Positions 59,910 to 64,000 of a DNA stretch of 64,000 nt are shown here, in pieces. The notes under the pieces were generated by a model, which had not been told where the DNA came from, made no database searches, and worked only from the letters and a program-made list of their open reading frames with translations. The stretch comes from Bacteroidota bacterium (GTDB lineage: Bacteria > Bacteroidota > Bacteroidia > Bacteroidales > VadinHA17): contig DSCJ01000063.1 in NCBI GenBank assembly GCA_011049175.1, forward strand, positions 5,504 to 69,503, in the 5' to 3' direction. Both the position numbers and the translations under genes were made by a program. The number at the start of each line of letters is the position of its first letter. Positions within the stretch are counted from its first letter, which is position 1.

Positions 59910-62018
59910 TTATACAGTGGCTGTTTTGCCTTTCGTTGTTTCAATGATCTTCCGCGACATTTCAGGCGGCACTTCTTCAAAATGGCTGAATTCCATGGTA
60001 GAGGTTGCCCGGCCCGAGGTGAGGGTGCGCAACACGGTAACATAGCCAAACTGTTCGGCCAGGGGTACTTTGGCCCTGATCACCCGTGCGCCTGCTTTCG
60101 ATTCCATTCCTTCCACCTGGCCACGGCGCTTGTTAAAATCGGCTATCACATCCCCCATGTATTCTTCCGGAGTAACCACTTCTACCGCCATAATCGGTTC
60201 AAGCAGGATGGGTTTTGCTCTTTCCGACGCCTTCTTGAAGGCATTCCTGGCAGCTATCTCGAATGACAGGCTGTCGGAATCCACCGGGTGGTAGCTTCCG
60301 TCGAGCAATTCCACTTTCAGGCTGTCGACGGCATAACCTGCCAGAGGGCCATTCTGCATGGCTTCACGGAATCCTTTTTCCACGGAGGGAATAAATTCTT
60401 TCGGAATGTTCCCTCCTTTGATGGCATTTTCGAACTGAAGACCTCTTTCGTCTTGACCGGCCGGGGAAATCCGCACCATGATATCGGCAAATTTCCCTTT
60501 TCCGCCTGTTTGCTTTTTAAAAACCTCCCTGTGTTCAACCGTTGCGGTAATGGCTTCCTTGTAAGCCACCTGGGGTGCGCCCACATTGCATTCCAGCTTG
60601 AATTCCCGCCTCAGGCGGTCAACCAGGATATCCAGATGCAGCTCACCCATTCCGCTGATTACCGTTTGCCCGGTATTTTCATCAAAATTCACCTGAAAAG
60701 TAGGGTCTTCCTCAGCCAGCTTGCCCAGGGCTATTCCCAGTTTATCAATATCTGACTGTGTTTTGGGTTCAATGGCCACGCCAATGACCGGTTCCGGAAA
60801 TTCCATAGACTCGAGGGATATGGGATGTTTCGGGTCGCACAGGGTATCACCGGTTTTCACATTCTTCAAACCCACTGCTCCGCATATATCTCCGGCACGT
60901 ATCTCTTCCTTCGGATGCTGCTTGTTGGCATGCATTTGATAAAGGCGTGAAATCCGGTCTTTTTTCCCTGTTCTGACATTCATAACCTGCACACCCGATT
61001 TCAACACTCCCGAATAAATCCTGAGAAAAACCAGTCTTCCCACGAAAGGATCGGTAGCAATTTTAAATGCCAGGGCTGTCAGCGGTTCACCGGAATCCGG
61101 ATTCCTGTTTTTATCCTTCGATGTATACGGATTGAACCCGGTAACCGCCCCTATATCGAGCGGGCTGGGCAGAAACGCAACAACGGCATCGAGAAGCCGT
61201 TGTATGCCTTTATTTTTAAAGGCGGACCCGCAAAAAACGGGAACCACACTCATATCAATAGTAGCTTTCCTGATGGCCTCCCTCATCTCATCGGGCGTGA
61301 TGGAGTCGGGATCATCCAGGTATCGCTCAAGCAGGGTATCATTCGTTTCGGCTACGGCCTCCACCAGCTTCCCCCTCCATTCCATGACCTCTTCTTCCAG
61401 CCCGGCAGGAATGTCGGCCAACTCATAATTCACCCCAAGGGTCTCATCGTCGTACCATATTACTGCCCTGTTCTCGATCAGATCGACCACACCCTGGAAA
61501 GTATCTTCCTTTCCGATGGGGATCTGTATGGGAACGGGGTTGGCGCCCAGTTTTTTTCTTATCTGGTTAACCACTCCGTAAAAATCGGCCCCTACGCGGT
61601 CCATTTTGTTGACAAAAGCCAGCCGGGGCACCCGGTACTTGCTGGCCTGCCTCCATACCGTTTCACTCTGAGGTTCCACACCTCCCACCGCACAGAACAC
61701 GGCAATAACCCCGTCAAGAACCCTCAGCGAACGCTCCACCTCAACGGTGAAATCGACATGGCCGGGGGTATCAATGATGTTGATCTTGTAGTTTTTGTCC
61801 TGATATTTCCAGAAAGTAGTGGTAGCAGCCGAGGTAATGGTAATGCCCCGCTCCTGCTCCTGCACCATCCAGTCCATCTGGGCAGCACCGTCATGCACCT
61901 CCCCCATCCGATGGGTAATCCCGGTATAAAACAGGATCCTCTCGGTAGTGGTGGTTTTCCCCGCATCAATATGGGCCATAATCCCAATATTTCTCGTATA
62001 TGCCAGATGCTGGTCCAT
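59910..62018 (-). CDS. fusA: elongation factor G (canonical copy)
   Basis: 702 aa with canonical G motifs: [22 protein letters not shown] and NKMD. It sits in the str-operon position after rpsG. Confidence 0.97.
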   Translation of the reverse strand: MDQHLAYTRNIGIMAHIDAGKTTTTERILFYTGITHRMGEVHDGAAQMDWMVQEQERGITITSAATTTFWKYQDKNYKINIIDTPGHVDFTVEVERSLRVLDGVIAVFCAVGGVEPQSETVWRQASKYRVPRLAFVNKMDRVGADFYGVVNQIRKKLGANPVPIQIPIGKEDTFQGVVDLIENRAVIWYDDETLGVNYELADIPAGLEEEVMEWRGKLVEAVAETNDTLLERYLDDPDSITPDEMREAIRKATIDMSVVPVFCGSAFKNKGIQRLLDAVVAFLPSPLDIGAVTGFNPYTSKDKNRNPDSGEPLTALAFKIATDPFVGRLVFLRIYSGVLKSGVQVMNVRTGKKDRISRLYQMHANKQHPKEEIRAGDICGAVGLKNVKTGDTLCDPKHPISLESMEFPEPVIGVAIEPKTQSDIDKLGIALGKLAEEDPTFQVNFDENTGQTVISGMGELHLDILVDRLRREFKLECNVGAPQVAYKEAITATVEHREVFKKQTGGKGKFADIMVRISPAGQDERGLQFENAIKGGNIPKEFIPSVEKGFREAMQNGPLAGYAVDSLKVELLDGSYHPVDSDSLSFEIAARNAFKKASERAKPILLEPIMAVEVVTPEEYMGDVIADFNKRRGQVEGMESKAGARVIRAKVPLAEQFGYVTVLRTLTSGRATSTMEFSHFEEVPPEMSRKIIETTKGKTATV

Positions 62019-62058
62019 GCAATCAAACTATCTTTCTCAGCCGTTTTCTTTATTTTTA

Positions 62059-62535
62059 TTAAAACCTGAAATGAGCGAATGCCTTGTTGGCTTCGGCCAT
62101 CCGGTGCATGTCTTCCTTTCTTTTGAAAGCTCCGCCTTCCTGGTTGTAAGCGGCAATGATCTCGGCCGCCAGTTTCTCACTCATGGAATGTCCGCTCCTT
62201 TTGCGGGCAAACAGGATGAGGTTTTTCATACTGAGCGAGATTTTCCTGTCAGGGCGAACCTCAAGGGGAACCTGAAAGGTGGCGCCCCCTACCCGGCGGC
62301 TCTTTACCTCTACCTGGGGAGTGATATTCTCCAGTGCCTTTTTCCAGATCTCCAGGGGGGTATGCTCCGCATCTTTCATCTTCTCCCCTACCATATCCAT
62401 GGCATCATAAAAGATCCGGAAGGCCAGGGTCTTCTTCCCCTCTTCCATCAGGTTATTGATAAACCGGGTAACCAACGGATCATTAAACCGGGGATCCGGC
62501 AGCAAAATCCGCTTCTTGGGTTTGGACTTTCTCAT
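62059..62535 (-). CDS. rpsG: 30S ribosomal protein S7
   Basis: The sequence is [19 protein letters not shown]... Confidence 0.97.
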   Translation of the reverse strand: MRKSKPKKRILLPDPRFNDPLVTRFINNLMEEGKKTLAFRIFYDAMDMVGEKMKDAEHTPLEIWKKALENITPQVEVKSRRVGGATFQVPLEVRPDRKISLSMKNLILFARKRSGHSMSEKLAAEIIAAYNQEGGAFKRKEDMHRMAEANKAFAHFRF

Positions 62536-62563
62536 GCTTGTATACCTTATAAATCAATAATGA

Positions 62564-62938
62564 TTAATTCTTCGGTCGTTTTGCACCGTATTTGGAACGG
62601 CGTTGCTTTCTGCCCTCCACACCGGAGGTATCCAGAGCTCCCCTGATCAGGTGATACCTTACCCCGGGCAGGTCTTTTACCCTGCCTCCCCTGATCAATA
62701 CAATGGAGTGCTCCTGCAGATTATGCCCTTCACCGGGTATATATGCGTTCACTTCCTTCTGATTGGTCAGTCGCACACGTGCCACTTTCCGCATGGCGGA
62801 ATTTGGCTTCTTCGGCGTGGTGGTGTATACACGAACACACACTCCCCTGCGCTGCGGACAATTATCCAGTGCCGGCGCTTTACTCTTTTCAGCAATCTTC
62901 TTTCTGCCTTTCCTGACAAGCTGTTGAATCGTTGGCAT
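62564..62938 (-). CDS. rpsL: 30S ribosomal protein S12
   Basis: The sequence is [12 protein letters not shown]...[17 protein letters not shown]...[13 protein letters not shown]. Confidence 0.97.
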   Translation of the reverse strand: MPTIQQLVRKGRKKIAEKSKAPALDNCPQRRGVCVRVYTTTPKKPNSAMRKVARVRLTNQKEVNAYIPGEGHNLQEHSIVLIRGGRVKDLPGVRYHLIRGALDTSGVEGRKQRRSKYGAKRPKN

Positions 62939-62985
62939 AGCCTGAATTTAAACGTTTATTAACTTGCTGTTTACAAATCGGGTTG

Positions 62986-62993
62986 CAAAGGTA
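62986..62993 (-). promoter_or_regulatory. candidate -7 promoter element (TAnnTTTG) of the rpsL operon
   Basis: The reverse complement of caaaggta is tacctttg. An ATTG lies 19 nt further upstream as an imperfect -33 TTTG. The element is about 48 nt upstream of ATG 62938. Confidence 0.4.
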
Positions 62994-63210
62994 TAGTTTT
63001 TCTCTTTAAAAACAATAGTATCACTTCAATAAATTTCATTTCAGTGCAGCATGTTTTCCTGCCCTGCGGAACCCGTTCCGGAAGATTTTTTCCGAACCCG
63101 TATTATAAAAATAGGTATGCCTTCGTCCGGAATTCTTCCCTCAGGTAATGGTACCCGGTATAAAGGAAAAGGGTCTATGCTTTTTATTGAAAATTTTATT
63201 ACTTTTGGAC

Positions 63211-63218
63211 CGCCTTTT
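63211..63218 (+). promoter_or_regulatory. candidate -7 promoter element (TAnnTTTG) of the EF-G paralogue
   Basis: tacttttg lies 60 nt upstream of ATG 63279. No clear -33 element was seen. Confidence 0.3.
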
Positions 63219-63278
63219 CAGAAGGAAGAGCAAACACGGTAAAAGCTTACAGAGCAATTCTTTAAAAACGTATTTTTT

Positions 63279-64000
63279 ATGAAAACCTATCAACCAGAAG
63301 ACATCCGCAATATCGCCCTGATGGGAAACGCCGGTTCAGGCAAGACCAGTCTGGCAGAAGCCATGCTGTTCAACGGAGGGGTAATCGACCGAAGAGGGAA
63401 TGTGGATAACAAGAATACGGCATCCGACTACAATGAAATTGAACACGACTACGGATATTCGGTTTACAACACCCTGTTATATACTGAATCCCAGGGGAAG
63501 AAAATCAACATTCTGGATAATCCCGGACTGGACGATTTTGTTGGCGGGTTGATATCCTCGCTCCATGTGGCCGATACGGGACTGATGGTTCTGAATTCGC
63601 AGAACGGGATCGAGGTAGGTTCTGAAATTCATTTCAGGCACGCCGCAAAAATGAATAAGCCCATGATTATTGTGGTAAACCACAACGACCATGAAAAATC
63701 GAACTTTGACAAGACCGTGGAACTGGCACGTGATAGTTTCGGGAAACAGGTAACCCTGGTACAATTCCCGGTAAACGAAGGCCTGCAGTTCAACGCCGTT
63801 GTGGATGTCCTGAAAATGAAGATGTATACCTACCCCGACGACAGCGGCAAAGCCCGGATCGACGATATTCCTTCCGAACACATGGAAAGGGCTGAAACCC
63901 TCCGGAACGAGCTGATGGAAAAAGCCGCCGAGAATGATGAGGAACTGATGGAGCTTTTCTTCGAGAAAGAGATGCTCGAAGAAGATGAAATGAGAAAAGG
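63279..64000 (+). CDS. elongation factor G paralogue (5' part; continues past the window end) with non-canonical GTPase motifs
   Basis: The frame is open from ATG 63279 to the window edge, so it has no stop and is absent from the track. The translation is MKTYQPEDIRNIALMGNAGSGKTSLAEAMLFNGGVIDRRG...KINILDNPGLDDFVGG...PMIIVVNHNDHE... This is an EF-G-like G domain with G1 GNAGSGKT, switch II DNPGL and G4 NHND. Confidence 0.85.
   Translation, partial: MKTYQPEDIRNIALMGNAGSGKTSLAEAMLFNGGVIDRRGNVDNKNTASDYNEIEHDYGYSVYNTLLYTESQGKKINILDNPGLDDFVGGLISSLHVADTGLMVLNSQNGIEVGSEIHFRHAAKMNKPMIIVVNHNDHEKSNFDKTVELARDSFGKQVTLVQFPVNEGLQFNAVVDVLKMKMYTYPDDSGKARIDDIPSEHMERAETLRNELMEKAAENDEELMELFFEKEMLEEDEMRK

Noticed and set aside
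63051-63242. A 63-aa plus-strand ORF lies in the rpsL / EF-G-paralogue intergenic region.
   Set aside because: It has no recognisable family. It overlaps the candidate promoter of the downstream gene, and its composition is typical of non-coding AT-rich spacer. It is treated as regulatory DNA.

Overview
The window is a Bacteroidota chromosomal segment. The evidence is a gldE/gldD gliding-motility pair next to mutY and ssb, a T9SS-type C-terminal sorting domain, TAnnTTTG-type promoter elements, no Shine-Dalgarno sequences, and a Bacteroidota-style ribosomal gene order. The sequence is densely coding and mostly housekeeping. Positions 42.1-62.9 kb on the minus strand carry citrate synthase, enolase and the complete str/S10/spc/alpha ribosomal superoperon (rpsL-rpsG-fusA-rpsJ ... 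secY-map-infA-rpmJ-rpsM-rpsK-rpsD-rpoA-rplQ). The first 42 kb mixes envelope, transport, redox and signalling genes. These include a BASS symporter, a PlsC-like acyltransferase, an M19 dipeptidase, YceI, LysE, an aldehyde dehydrogenase, EamA, a DsbD-like reductase, RNase G, HU, mutY, ssb, gldE, gldD, a PPTase and a GGGP synthase. They also include TPR proteins, a run of three secreted hydrolases behind ychF, a VWA protein, an ECF sigma module, hutH, hisS, a hybrid histidine kinase and a large propeller-PP2C sensor phosphatase. I found no rRNA, tRNA, CRISPR array, transposase, integrase, prophage or recognisable defence island, and no convincingly new multi-gene system. The observations most worth a second look are listed here. 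(1) An EF-G paralogue with non-canonical GTPase motifs (Leu in place of the switch-II His) lies head-to-head with the operon encoding canonical EF-G. (2) mutY is broken by a 1-nt deficit in an A6 tract, and a DUF3078 outer-membrane gene 12 kb away carries an in-frame amber codon. (3) A hybrid histidine kinase has a degenerate ATP-binding G1 box and sits stop-to-stop (5 nt) against a periplasmic-propeller PP2C phosphatase. (4) Two sub-60-aa genes are missing from the ORF track (rpmJ and a 30-aa Lys/Arg-rich bS22/AURKAIP1-like ORF). (5) L17 carries a roughly 125-aa acidic low-complexity tail. All family assignments come from reading the translations and from memory of these families; no database search was run.
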